Positions 13,843-25,701 of a DNA stretch of 64,000 nucleotides are shown piece after piece. Source of the stretch: Mobula hypostoma (taxonomy: Eukaryota); NCBI RefSeq assembly GCF_963921235.1, contig NC_086097.1, forward strand, positions 67,024,001 to 67,088,000. Reading direction: 5' to 3'. The notes below the pieces were generated by a model, which ran no database searches, was not told where the DNA came from, and saw only the letters and a list, made by a program, of their open reading frames with translations. Numbering within the stretch: position 1 is the first letter of the stretch; every line of letters starts with the position of its first letter. The position numbers were made by a program, and so were the translations under genes.

Positions 13843-14332
13843 AGATGGGATAAGATGGGGAAGATGGCGCTGCGACGCAGCTCGCAGCGGCCACTCCGGT
13901 GGTGATGTCTGTTATTTGTCAAGTAGGGTGACATGCACAATCCTGATTTGATGGAGATGGACATGAGAGTACCGAGGAACATCTGGTGAAACTTCTGGAA
14001 TTCCTGCTTTGCTGCTGCTACTGTGTGGTCCAGAGTCTCCGGAGGAGAAGGCCCCGAGTTCTCGGCTTTGCTTGTTGCTCAGCGGGCGGGGTCGAAGCGC
14101 TCAGCAGAGGATGGTGCTCAGAGGGGCTGGTCGGAGGCTCGAAGTTTTCGGACGGACTAGGAGTCAGCTGCGGTTGGGTGCTTCCAATGGTGCTGCATCA
14201 GTGAGTTGGCGGCGCTTCGGGGTTCATGGCAGGGAGAGTTCCTCCCTTCTGCCGCCTGCATGGGCTGATGAGTCTATTGGGACTTAGAGACTTTTTTTTT
14301 ACCGTGCCCATGGTCTGACGAAAACTGAACTG
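13843..14332 (+). mobile_element. CpG-rich non-coding retroposon with (ctgaa)n tail
   Basis: Interrupts old CR1; AACCC duplicated at both ends; AAGATGGCG near the start; ends aaaactgaactgaa. Confidence 0.65.
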
Positions 14333-14889
14333 AACCCCTCCACCTCTATAACCACCCTGTCTATCTCATAAAACAAGACTGAGAAACATTGAATTGCTAG
14401 TCCTGTCCCACATGCAGTCAGTGCCAACAACAACATATTTTTATGTACTGTTCACAGCACTAAGTTTATCCTTGTATATTATAGTCCTGGTGTTGAAATA
14501 AACACATTTGAACCCATCAGCCTCACCATGTTTATTAATTTGCCCCATATTATCCTTTCTTTACCCTGCATTTGACAGGGTAATTTGATCACTTCTGAGT
14601 TGGTTGCTGTCAGCTTTCTCCAATGTAGATTAAAAGTGTCTAAAACAGTGTCGCAACAGCAGCAGAGGATTATTGCATGTTCCCAAGGTGATAACTTATT
14701 TGTAAAACTCAAATATTTATTTGTTTCTGTACTTGTTGATAGAGTTGATGTGATACTTGAAAGAGAAGTGTATAGATGTCAGTAATTGAAGTGTAAGCTC
14801 TGAGACTGTGTCTAATTACCTTTTCAAGTTATAATATTCTGTGGTATTTAATGTTCATGGAAATTTTGGATTTTAATTTGTACCTATAG

Positions 14890-15609
14890 GAAAGAAGAAT
14901 CAAATTGGGTTTAAGAGTATGCAGAATCCTGAGGAAGCTGAAGAATCAACAGTGGAAAAGAGGGAGATCTTAAGTCCAGAGGAAGAGGAAGCTTTGAAAT
15001 CTGAGCAGCTGAAAAAAGAGAGAGAACTTGGAGGGAAAATTCAAAATGCCTCATCATGCACCAATATTCTCCCTTTGGGACGTGACCGCATGTATCGTAG
15101 ATATTGGGTGTTAAGTTCTGTGCCTGGATTATTTGTGGAAGAAGATTATGAAGGATTAATGGAGGACATGTTACAGCCTTGTCCTGTTAAAACTTTAGAT
15201 AAAACTTTGGAGTCTCAGGGAAATAAAATTTACGATAAAGCACAAGGTAATGAATCCTCAGGGAATGGAACTTCAGGGAAGATGGACCAAAGGCAGCATG
15301 AGCCATACAAGGAAAAGCCCATTGCTCAGGACAAAAACTGTTCAGTTTCTCCTTCACGATCTTCACAGCCGTCTACCTCAGAACAGGAACAAATTCTTGA
15401 TTCCACCCCTGCAGCAGAATTGCACAGACCAATAAACAAACCGAATAGATGGTGTTTTTATTCATCACCAGAACAATTGAATCAACTGATTGAAGCACTT
15501 AACTCTAGGGGAAACAGAGAGAACTCCTTAAAAGAAACACTTCTCCAGGAGAAAGACCGCCTCATTGAATTGCTTACTAACTTTCCTGTGGAAAGATTTC
15601 ATATTCCAG
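14890..15609 (+). CDS. BAZ1A: BAZ1A coding exon (WHIM2/WHIM3, WSD region)
   Basis: tatag|...|gtaatt; 720 nt; PLGRDRMYRRYW, PGLFVEEDY and NRWCFYSSPEQLNQLIEALNSRGNRENSLKETLLQEK match BAZ1A. Confidence 0.97.
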
Positions 15610-15667
15610 GTAATTCTTTACACCCTTGAATCTCAGTGTATTCTTAAATAAGTCTCTGAATATTATT

Positions 15668-18600
15668 ATCATAGGGTCATTGAAAAGTACAGTACCGAAA
15701 CAGGCCCTTTGGCCCATATAGTCCATGCCAAACCATTTAAACTACTCACTCCCATTGACCTGCACCTGGACCATATGCCTACCATCCATGTACCTATCCA
15801 AACCTCTCAAACATTGAAATCGAGCGTGACATGCACCACTTGTGCTGGCAACTCATTCCACATTTTCACGACCCTTGATTGAGTGAAGAAGTTTTCCCTC
15901 ATATTCCCCTTAAACTTTTCACATTTAACCCATGACCTCTTGTTTGTAGCCACCCAATCTCAGTAGAAAAAGCCTACTTGCATTTACCTTTAGTTGTACC
16001 CCTCATAATTTTGTATACCTCTATCAAATCTCCCCTCAATCTTCTATGGTCCAAAGACTAAAGTCCAGATCTATTCAGTCTTTCCTTATAACTTGCATCT
16101 TCCAGTCTTGGCAACATCCTTGTAAATTTTCTCTACTCCTTCAACCTTATTTACATCTTTACTGTAGGTAGAGTACCAGAACTACGTACAGTATTCCAAA
16201 TTGGGCTTCACCAATGTTTTACACAATTTCAGCATAACGTCCCATTTCCTGTACTTGGTATATTGATTTTGATGGCCAATGTGCCAAAAGCTTTCTTAAC
16301 GACCCTATCTACCTGTGACACCACCTTCAATTAATTATGGACCTACCCTGGTTGTTCCTACCTAAGTGCAACACCTCGCGCTTGTCTGCATTAAATTCTA
16401 TCTGCCATTTTTCCAGCTGGTCCTGATCCCACTGCAAACTGTGATGGTCTTCACTGTCCACAGCACCCTCAATCTTGGTGTCATCTGCAAATTTGTTGAT
16501 CCAGTTGATGACGTTATCATCCAGATCATTGATAGAGATGACAAACAACAATGGACCCAGCACTGATCCCTGCGGCACTTCACTAGTCACAGGACTCCAG
16601 TCAGAAAGGCAACCACTCTGGCATCTCCCACAAAGCCAATGTCTAATCCAATTTACTACCTTGTCTTGGATGCTGGGCAGCTTGACCAACTTCCCATGTG
16701 AGACCTTGTCAAATGCCTTGCTAAAGTTCATGTAGACAATGTCCACTGCCTTGTCTTCATCAACTTTCCTAGTAACTTCCTCAAAAACATGACCTACCAC
16801 ACACAAAGCCATGCTGACAATTCCTAATCTGTCCATGTCAATCCAAATACTCGTATATCTGGTCCCTTAGAATACCTTTCAATAACTTTCCCACTATTGA
16901 TGTCAGACTCTGGCCTATAATTTCCTAGTTTATTTTTTTTGAAGCTTTTCTTAAACAATGGAACAATGTTATCTCCCCCAATCCTCTAGTACCTCACCTA
17001 TCACCAAGGATGATTTTAAATAGCTCTGCTAGGGCCTCTGCAATTTCTGCACACCTCCCACAGGGTCCAAGGGAACATCATGTTAGGCCCTGGGGATTTA
17101 CACACCCTAATTTGCCTCAAAACAGCAAACACCTCTTCTGTAATCTATAGAAGGTACATAACCTCACTGCCTCACTTCTATAGACTGTCTGTCTCATGAG
17201 TGAATACAAATGGGGAAAAAAATCCATTTCTGATCATCTCCATTGATTTTGGCTCCATGCATAGTTACCTTTCGGATCTTCCAGAGGACCAATTTTGTCC
17301 CTTGCAATCCTTTTGCTCTTAACATAGCTGTAGAATCCCTTGGGATTCTCCTTCATCTTGTCTGCTCGGGCACCCATGCACCTTTCAGCCTCCTGACTTA
17401 AGTGTTCCCTTGCATTTCTTAAACTCCGTAAATGTGACACTTGTCCCTACCTGCCTATTCCTGCTATGCACGGCCTTTTTTTTTTGTTAACCAGGACCTC
17501 AATATCTCTTGAAAACCAAAGTTCCTTAAACCTGTTGTCTTTTATTCTGACAGGCACATACAAGCTTTGTACTCAGAAAATTTCAATTTTAAAGGCCTTA
17601 CCAAGTACACCTTTGCCAGAGCACAGCCTGTCCAAATGCACACTTGCTAGATCCTTTCTGATACCATCAAAATTGGCCTTTGTCCAATTTAGAATCTCAA
17701 CCCATCATCCAGATTTATATTTTTCCATATTTACTTTGAAACTAATGGCATTATGATCACTTGATGCAAAGTGTTTCCCTACACAAATTTCTGCCACCTG
17801 CCCTGTCTCATTCCCTAATAGCAGATTCTAACTGGGAATCTATGTGCTGATTGAAGAATCTTTCCTGAACACATTTGACAAACTCTATCCCATCTAGTTC
17901 TTTTACAGTATGAGAGTCCCAGTCAATATGTGGAAAGTTAAAATCACCTATTGTAACAACTTTGTTTCTTGCAACAGTCTACAATGTCTTTACAAATTTG
18001 TTCCTCTAATTCCTTCAGACTTTTGGGTGGTCTAATACAGTCCCGTTAACGTGGTCATATTTCCTTATTTCCACTCATGAGTTCTCCAGTGTGGCTTGAC
18101 TGAGCACTGTCATGACATTTCCCTGAATAGTAATACTACCTTTCCCCGCTCTATCATGTCTAAAACAACAGAACCCCAGAACACTGAGCTGCCAGTCCTG
18201 CCCTTTCTGCAACCAAGTCTCAAAAATGGTTACAATATCAAAATTCCATGTGTTGATTTATGCCCCAAGTTCATCTGCCTTTCCTAAAATACTTGCATTG
18301 AAATGTACACAGCTCAGGACATTAGTTGCACAATGCTCAACCAAGGTCTTAACAACATCTGTCTTCACATCCTCTTCACTATTTGTTCCGGCATTCTGGT
18401 TCCTATCCCCCAGCAACTCTAGTTTAAACCACCCCCCGCAACTCCCCCTCTGCCGCACAGCATGAGCAAAAGTTCCCGCGAAGTTATTAGTCCCCCTCCA
18501 ATTCAGTTGCAAACAGTCTCTTCTGTACAGGTTCCACCTTCCCAGTGATCCAAAACTCTGGCACCTACCTTCCAACACCAACTCCTTAGCCACGTGTTAA

Positions 18601-21600
18601 ACTATTTGATCTTCCTGTTTCTGGCCTCACTAGCACGTGGCATGGATAGCAGTCCTGAGATCATAACCCTGGAGATCCTGCCCTTGAACTTACCATAGAA
18701 CCATAGAAACTACAGCACAGAAACAGGCCCTTTGGCCCTTCTCAGCTGTGCTGAACCATTTTCTGCCTAGTCCCACTGACCTGCACACGGACCATATCCC
18801 TCCATACACCTCCCATCCGTGTATCTGTCCAATTTATTCTTAAATGTTAAAAAAGAACCCGCATTTACCACCTCATCTGGCAGCTCATTCCATACTCCCA
18901 CCACTCTCTGTGTGAAGAAGCCCCCCCCTAATGTTCCCTTTAAACTTTTCCCCCCTCACCCTTAACCCATGTCCTCTGGTTTTTTTTCTCCCCTTGCCTC
19001 AGTGGAAAAAGCCTGCTTGCATTCACTCTATCTATACCCATCATAATTTTATATACCTCTATCAAATCTCCCCTCATTCTTCTACGCTCCAGGGAATAAA
19101 GTCCTAACCTATTCAACCTTTCTCTGTAACTGAGTTTCTCAAGTCCCGGCAACATCCTTGTAAACCTTCTCTGCACTCTTTCAACCTTATTTATATCCTT
19201 CCTGTAATCTGGTGACCAAAACTGAACACAATACTCCAGATTCGGCCTCACCAATGCCTTATACAACCTCATCATAACATTCCAGCTCTTATACTCAATA
19301 CTTCGATTAATAAAGGCCAATGTACCAAAAGCTCTCTTTACGACCCTATCTACCTGTGACGACACTTTTAGGGAATTTTGTATCTGTATTCCCAGATCCC
19401 CCTGTTCCACTGCACTCCTCAGTGCCTTACCATTAACCCTGTATGTTCTACGTTGGTTTGTCCTTCCAACGTGCAATACCTCACACTTGTCAGTACTAAA
19501 CTCCATCTGCCATTTTTCAGCCCATTTTTCCCAGCTGGTCCAAGTCCCTCTTGCAGGCTCTGAAAACCTTCCTCACTGTCTACTACACCTCCAATTTTTG
19601 TATCATCAGCAAACTTGCTGATCCAATTTACCACATTATCATCCAGATCATTGATATAGATGACAAATAACAATGGACCCAGCGCTGATCCCTGTGGCAC
19701 ACCACTAGTCACAGGCCTCCACTCAGAGAAGCAATTCTCTACCACCACTCTCTGGCTTCTTCCATCGAGCCAATGTCTAATCCAATTTACCACCTCTCCA
19801 TGTATACCTAGCGACTGAAATTTCCTAACTAACCTCCCATGCGGGACCTTGTCAAAGGCCTTACTGAAATCCATGTAGACAATATCCACTGCCTTCCCTT
19901 CATCCACTTTCCTGGTAACCTCCTCGAAAAACTCCAACAGATTGGTCAAACATGACCTACCAATCACAAAGCCATGTTGACTCTCCCTAATAAGCCCCTG
20001 TCTATCCAAATGCTTGTAGATTCTGTCTCTTAGTACTCCCTCCAATAACTTACCTACTACCGACGTTAAACTCACCGGCCTATAATTTCCCGGATTACTT
20101 TTGGATCCTTTTTTAAACAACGGAACAACATGAGCCACTCTCCAATCCTCCGGCACTTCACCCGTAGACAGCGACATTTTAAATATTTCTGCCAGGGCCC
20201 CCGCAATTTCAACACTAGTCTCTTTCAAGGTCCGAGGGAACACTCTGTCAGGTCCCGGGGAATTATCCACTTTAATTTTCCTCAAGACAGCAAGCACCTC
20301 CTCCTTTTCAATCTGTACAGTTTCCATGGTCTCACTACTTGATTCCCTTAATTCCATAGGTTTCATGCCAGCTTCCTTAGTAAATACAGACGCAAAAAAC
20401 CTATTTAAGATCTCCCCCATTTCCTTTGGTTCCGCACAAAGCCGACCACTCTGATCTTCAAGAGGACCAATTTTATCCCTTACAATCCTTTTGCTCTTAA
20501 TATACTTGTAAAAACTCTTTGGATTATCCTTCACTTTGACTGCCAAGGCAACCTCATGTCTTCTTTTTGCCCTCCTGATTTCTTTCTTAAGTATTTTCTT
20601 GCACTTCTTATACTCCTCAAGCACCTGATTTACCCCCTGTTTCCTATACATTTCATACAACTCCCTCTTCTTCATCAGAGTTGCAATATCCCTTGAGAAC
20701 CAAGGTTCCTTATTCCTATTCAATTTGCCTTTAATCCTGACAGGAAGATACAAACTCTGCACTCTCAAAATTTCCCCTTTGAAGGCTTCCCACCTACCAA
20801 TCACATCTTTGCCAGAGAACAACCTGTCCCAATCCACGCCTTTTAGATCCTTTCTCATTTCCTCAAATTTGGCTTTCTTCCAGTTCAGAACCTCAACTCT
20901 AGGACCAGATCTATCCTTGTCCATGATCAAATTGAAACTAATGGTGTTATGATCACTGGAATCAAAGTGCTCCCCTACACAGACTTCTGACTTGCCCTAA
21001 TTCGTTTCCTAACAGGAGATCCAATATTGCATCCCCTCTAGTTGGTCCCTCTATATACTGATTTAGCACCTAACTTCCTGAACTCACTTCACAGAACTTT
21101 GTGACTCTTCCTACCTCTGTCATTATGGACCCTCCTGCTGAGGACTCAATCCGAGAAGTTGTGAATCCTGGCACGCTGGAGTCAACATACCATCTTGGAA
21201 TCTCATTCACAGAACATCTTTTCTGTTCCCCTAACTAACAAATCCCCTATCACCACAGCTCGTCTCTTCTCTCCCCTTCCCTTCTGACCGCTGTAGCCTT
21301 CCTCTACTGGACCATCTCCTCCCTCCCAACCAAACAGTATCCAAAGTGGTATACCTGTTGAGAGGAATGGTCACAGGTGCACTGGCTGTTTAACCCCTTC
21401 CCTTTCCTGTCACTCAGTCTCTTGTGTTCTGCGTCTTGGGTGTAACTACCTCTCTATATCCTATCTATCACCCACTCAGCTTCGCGAATGATCCAGATTT
21501 CATCCAGTTCCTGCTCCAACTCTTTAAAGCAGAGTGTTAGAAGCTGCAGCTGGATACATTTCTTGCAGGTGAATTTGTCAGGGACATTGCTGGTCTCCCT

Positions 21601-21660
21601 GCCTTCCCACATCCTGCATGAGGACTATCCAACAAAGGCCACTCCTCTTACCCGCCTTAT
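15668..21660 (-). mobile_element. Near full-length degraded CR1 LINE (interrupted at 18693-21062)
   Basis: RT remnant 16327-16836 (VPQGSVLGP, KFADD); ORF1 esterase remnant 18258-18593; ORF1 N-terminal Cys-rich remnant near 21490-21625. Confidence 0.88.
18693..21062 (-). mobile_element. Young 5'-truncated CR1 LINE with near-intact RT
   Basis: 503-aa ORF 19419-20930 and 188-aa ORF 18940-19506 (PGPD, NYRPVSLTS, QHGF, DFSKAFD, PQG, KFADD); (ccatagaa)2 tail. Confidence 0.97.
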
Positions 21661-23074
21661 TTTAATTTGTTCTTGCCAATCAAGCTTAATCTAATTAACT
21701 GCTGCTCAAAACACCAAACTGCTGGGAATCAGTACCATATTAGAGCGTTAGAAAGTTTTTGACAAGATCAAGCCATTCGGCCCCAACAAAGCTTACCAAA
21801 TTCCTAGTCACTTAGTGTGTTGAAATAACTACCAAGTTTAGATTCAAAGTTTCTAAGGTACTACTGTCAACCTCACAACTAGGTAGTTTGTTTCATGTGT
21901 CCACATCTTGCTGTGTACTCAGTTGAACCTGACTGAGCTACGTCTTTTCACACTTCATACGGCTGACCGCCCGCTGATCAAAAAAACAACACTGTGCCCT
22001 TTCAGGAGCCATGTTTTTCAGACAGTGTATGGAAGTATTGGAAATGGTTTAAACCAAAAAGAACATTGAAGTTGTTCATAGAACATAGAGATAAAAAATT
22101 GTTTTGCTTCATGGAGTTAACTTCTTTCTGCAGCTGTAGTATTACATACCCATAACCTAATGAAGTGTGAAAATCTCCAAACTGATTTATTTAAACAAAA
22201 GCAAGAAAAACTGCAAGCTATTCACATTGTATATCATAGAAACAGGATTTTTAGAGTCCATACCATCTTATTTACATTACCCCTTTTCCCCATCTCCTGA
22301 TTTGTGCTACCAGTCACACTAGGGGGAATTTGCTTTAGGCAATTAACTACCAATCAACAAGTCTTTGCATCTGAGAGGAAACAACACCTTGTTGGGGGGG
22401 GCGGTGCTGAAGAGGCTATGTGTTGACTGAGAACATATACAATCTCTAGACATCTTGTCAGATCAGGATATAACCCATGTCTTTGCTGTGAAGCATTAAC
22501 TTTAATCTCTCGACCACTGTGGAATAATTATGTTAAAATTGTGCAGTATGTTCAGTATTCTTGCTCTTGGAGATGTTCCCAGGTGAATATCTATAGTTTA
22601 ATCCTTTGAATAATGAACATGGATGCAAATATGTCCTTTTTGTTTTACAAAGAGTTAATTTTTGTTATCTTTTGAAAATTATGCCATTAAAAGGCTTGCT
22701 AATTTAAATCTCCACACTGTGGCCTATACTGCATATTACTGAAGACACATGAACAATTGTACCATGGGTGCTATGCTATTGCAAATAATAGGCATTTTGT
22801 TCACAGAGTAATTGTCAATTGCCAAGTGGCATCATACCCAAGTAGCTGAAATGAACACTTATTCTGCCAAGCTTCTATTTTATACTTTAATTCTAATTAT
22901 GTCTGCATTGAATTCAGTATTTAAGCTACACAAATAATTTGCATCTTTGACTTTAAGCTGTTGAAAAGAAAATGTTGGTGTAACAATTGGTGGCAAGAAA
23001 AATGGAAGGGAAAAATGGCTTGATAAATTGCTTTAAGAGTATACTGATTAAACAAATTCAATGTTAATTTCCAG

Positions 23075-23241
23075 ATAAAACTCTATTGGAAAGCAAGCCT
23101 GTTCGAAATACTTCGAAAGGTGTTCACAGTGCATATGATTCTTCCCAATTACCTGCTGATAAGCAGCTTGAACTGCGATTGAAGGATTTGCTTCTGGACA
23201 TTGAAGATAGAACCTGGCAAGGAACTCTAGGAGGAATTAAA
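23075..23241 (+). CDS. BAZ1A: BAZ1A coding exon
   Basis: ttccag|...|gtatgt; 167 nt; DKQLELRLKDLLLDIEDRTWQGTLGGIK. Confidence 0.96.
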
Positions 23242-23734
23242 GTATGTATTAATAAATACAATAAAAATTGCAAGCAGGCTTGTTTGAGTTCAATAATTTA
23301 ATGATATTTACTTTGTGCATACCAGCATGGTATGTATGGTATTTCTTCAGTCTATTTCTGTCAATGTTTCCATTACAATTTTTAAGCTTGTTTTCACATT
23401 GCTTTCTTTGGATCTTTTAAAAGAATTTTTTGGTCTTCCATTCCCTGAATATTTGAATGTATATGAAACTTGCAACAAGATTTCTGAAATCACAATCATC
23501 GGTTATGTTGTTTGGAGCACAATCGAAGTACTGTGAGAAATTGTAGGAACACCACCTTCAGAAAGGATACTTTAACCTTTTGATAAAGCACATTGTAGGT
23601 TTACGGGAAACATACTTAATTCCAAAGGTTAAAGACAGAAGTTGTTACACAAGTTGAGGTTATATTCCTGGGTTATAAAATGAAGGATTGTTTGATTAGT
23701 TAAAAAGATGATAAGAACTGATAGAGAGTGTAGT

Positions 23735-24185
23735 TCAAGTTCAAAGTAAATTTATTATCAAAGTATGTGTATATTTCCATATTCGACCCTAAGATTCATT
23801 TTCTTGGGTGCAATCACAGTAAATAAAAGAAACACAATACAAAAAGAGCAAAAAGAAAAGGGCAATAAATATCAAGATCATGAGATGAAGAGCCCTTGAA
23901 AGAGTCCAGTTGAGCGATGCGCCGAGTGAAGTTATCCCCTCTGGTTTAATAGCCTAATGGTTGAGGGGTATAACTGTTTCCTGAACCTGGGGGTGTGGAT
24001 CCTGAGCCCACTGTACCACCTTGCTGATGGCAAGGTGGGTGCTGGTTTACTGCAACAGCACTCCATATAGATGTGCTCATTGGTGGGGAAGGCTTTACCT
24101 GCAATGGACTGGACCGTATTCACTACTTTTTGTAGGCTTTTCCATACAAGGGCATTGGTGTTATTATACCAGGTCCCGATGCAAT
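23735..24185 (-). mobile_element. Rex/Babar-type 3' fragment
   Basis: gttcaagttcaaagtaaatttattatc tail; ORF 23932-24123 ...TPRFRKQLYPSTIRLLNQ. Confidence 0.7.
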
Positions 24186-24660
24186 CACGACTAAATATTA
24201 ATCAGAACTTTTAATGGTGTTTTTTTTAAACAAAAAAAAAATCCCATATGCAAGGGATGGATTGGGTTTGGACTGCTGTGCAGCAAACGACAAAAGGTTT
24301 TGTCAATTAGTTTTAAACACAAGATTGATTTATATTTGATATAAATATTTGAGACTGGAGCAAAGCAGGTGTATGGAGTTGTTACACACCAGTCACAATC
24401 TCACTCAATGCCGAACAAGCTATAGAACTAAAAAGTTCACTATATATTTGTGTATGGCTTTGGGCTGTTGGAAAACTACTCATGGAGGGGCAAGTTGATA
24501 TTTAGGATGTATAATGAGGTGAATATTTTGGATTAAAATGGAGGAGACTTTCAAACCAAAAATGGAAGGAAAAATAGATTGAATTGGGAGAAGAAACAAA
24601 GGCAAGAAAAATCGGGGGGGGGGGAGGCCAAAGTCAAAGCCAGAGGACGTGATAGTAACA

Positions 24661-24975
24661 CAAGATTCAGTAGATGCAGGATATTTAGAGTAATACATAC
24701 ACAATGCTGAAGGAACTCAGTAGCATTTATGGAAATGAATTAATAGTCAACATTTCAGTCTGAAACCTTTCATCAGTACTGGAAAGGAAGGAGGAAGAAG
24801 CTAGCATAAAAAAAAAACTGAGGGAAGGCGGAAAGGAGTACCAGTTAGATGGTAAAAGGTGACGCCAAGTGGGCAGGGGAAGGGGGGGGGGATGAAGTGA
24901 CAGCCTGGGATGTGATGGGTGGAGAAGGTAAAAGACTGAAGAAGCAGCATCTGATAAGAGAATGGACCATGATGG
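24661..24975 (-). mobile_element. Penelope-like element 3' end with decayed hammerhead
   Basis: Minus strand cagta-CTGATGA-aaggtttcagact-GAAA-tg-TT-gact (24745-24781) with adjacent pyrimidine-rich terminal-repeat sequence. Confidence 0.7.
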
Positions 24976-25510
24976 TTTTAAAAATAATGTCAAAAACAAA
25001 ATTTTTTGAATGTGAGGAAAGTGGGTCTTTTAAGAGTTTATGGTACTGACTGTAAAAACATGCTTCAATGCATAAAGAATTTTCAAAAAGACATACTTCA
25101 GCACATTGTACTTGGGAATTTGAATCCAGGAGACTTTGCCATGAAGTGATTGAATACAAATACATGATGTCATCTTTTTTTTCCTTTTTGTGTCATGGCT
25201 ATTTAAGGTATGCAGCAAATGTATGCAACAGATAGTATAAAAATGCTACAATTTAATTGGTATGTTTAAACAAAGAACATTTCTATTTTCTTTATTTAAA
25301 CTTGCCTGCAATTAAGTTGTAGCACAAAGCAAAAGTAATTGCAAATTAATGCAATATGAAAAATGTATAATTACATCCTTGCACAATATTGCTTCTGGAG
25401 TGTGTATGTATTAACAAGCTTTTTATACAATTGTGAAATTAAATTCTGACCTTGATAGTGAATCAAACTATTGGATTTAAAGAGCATGCCTAAAACATTT
25501 CTATGAGCAG

Positions 25511-25701
25511 GTGATGGAGCGGTATGCATGGCGAGCAGCACTGGAAACAGGGCAGTATGAACTGTTGGGCAAAGCACTTCCTACGCAAAATGGCATTCGG
25601 TTACTGGAAAATAATGTGAAGGAAAATGGAGTTATTAAAATTGAAGGCAAGGAATCCAAGGAGCTTGATGTTTTGAGCAATGGATATAGCAACAAAGCTG
25701 G
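25511..25701 (+). CDS. BAZ1A: BAZ1A coding exon
   Basis: agcag|...|gtataa; 191 nt; VMERYAWRAALETGQYELL...KENGVIK resembles human VTDRHIWRSALESGRYELL...KENGIIK. Confidence 0.92.

Larger units (their letters stand above)
5632..14570 (-). mobile_element. Old CR1 LINE fragmented by nested insertions (pieces about 5632-5963, 9833-9900, 11022-11280, 12170-12545, 13280-13842, 14333-14570)
   Basis: Pieces are colinear 3'-to-5' CR1 sequence and resume across insertions (GTCATA duplicated at 5958 and 9833; AACCC at 13838 and 14333). Confidence 0.7.
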
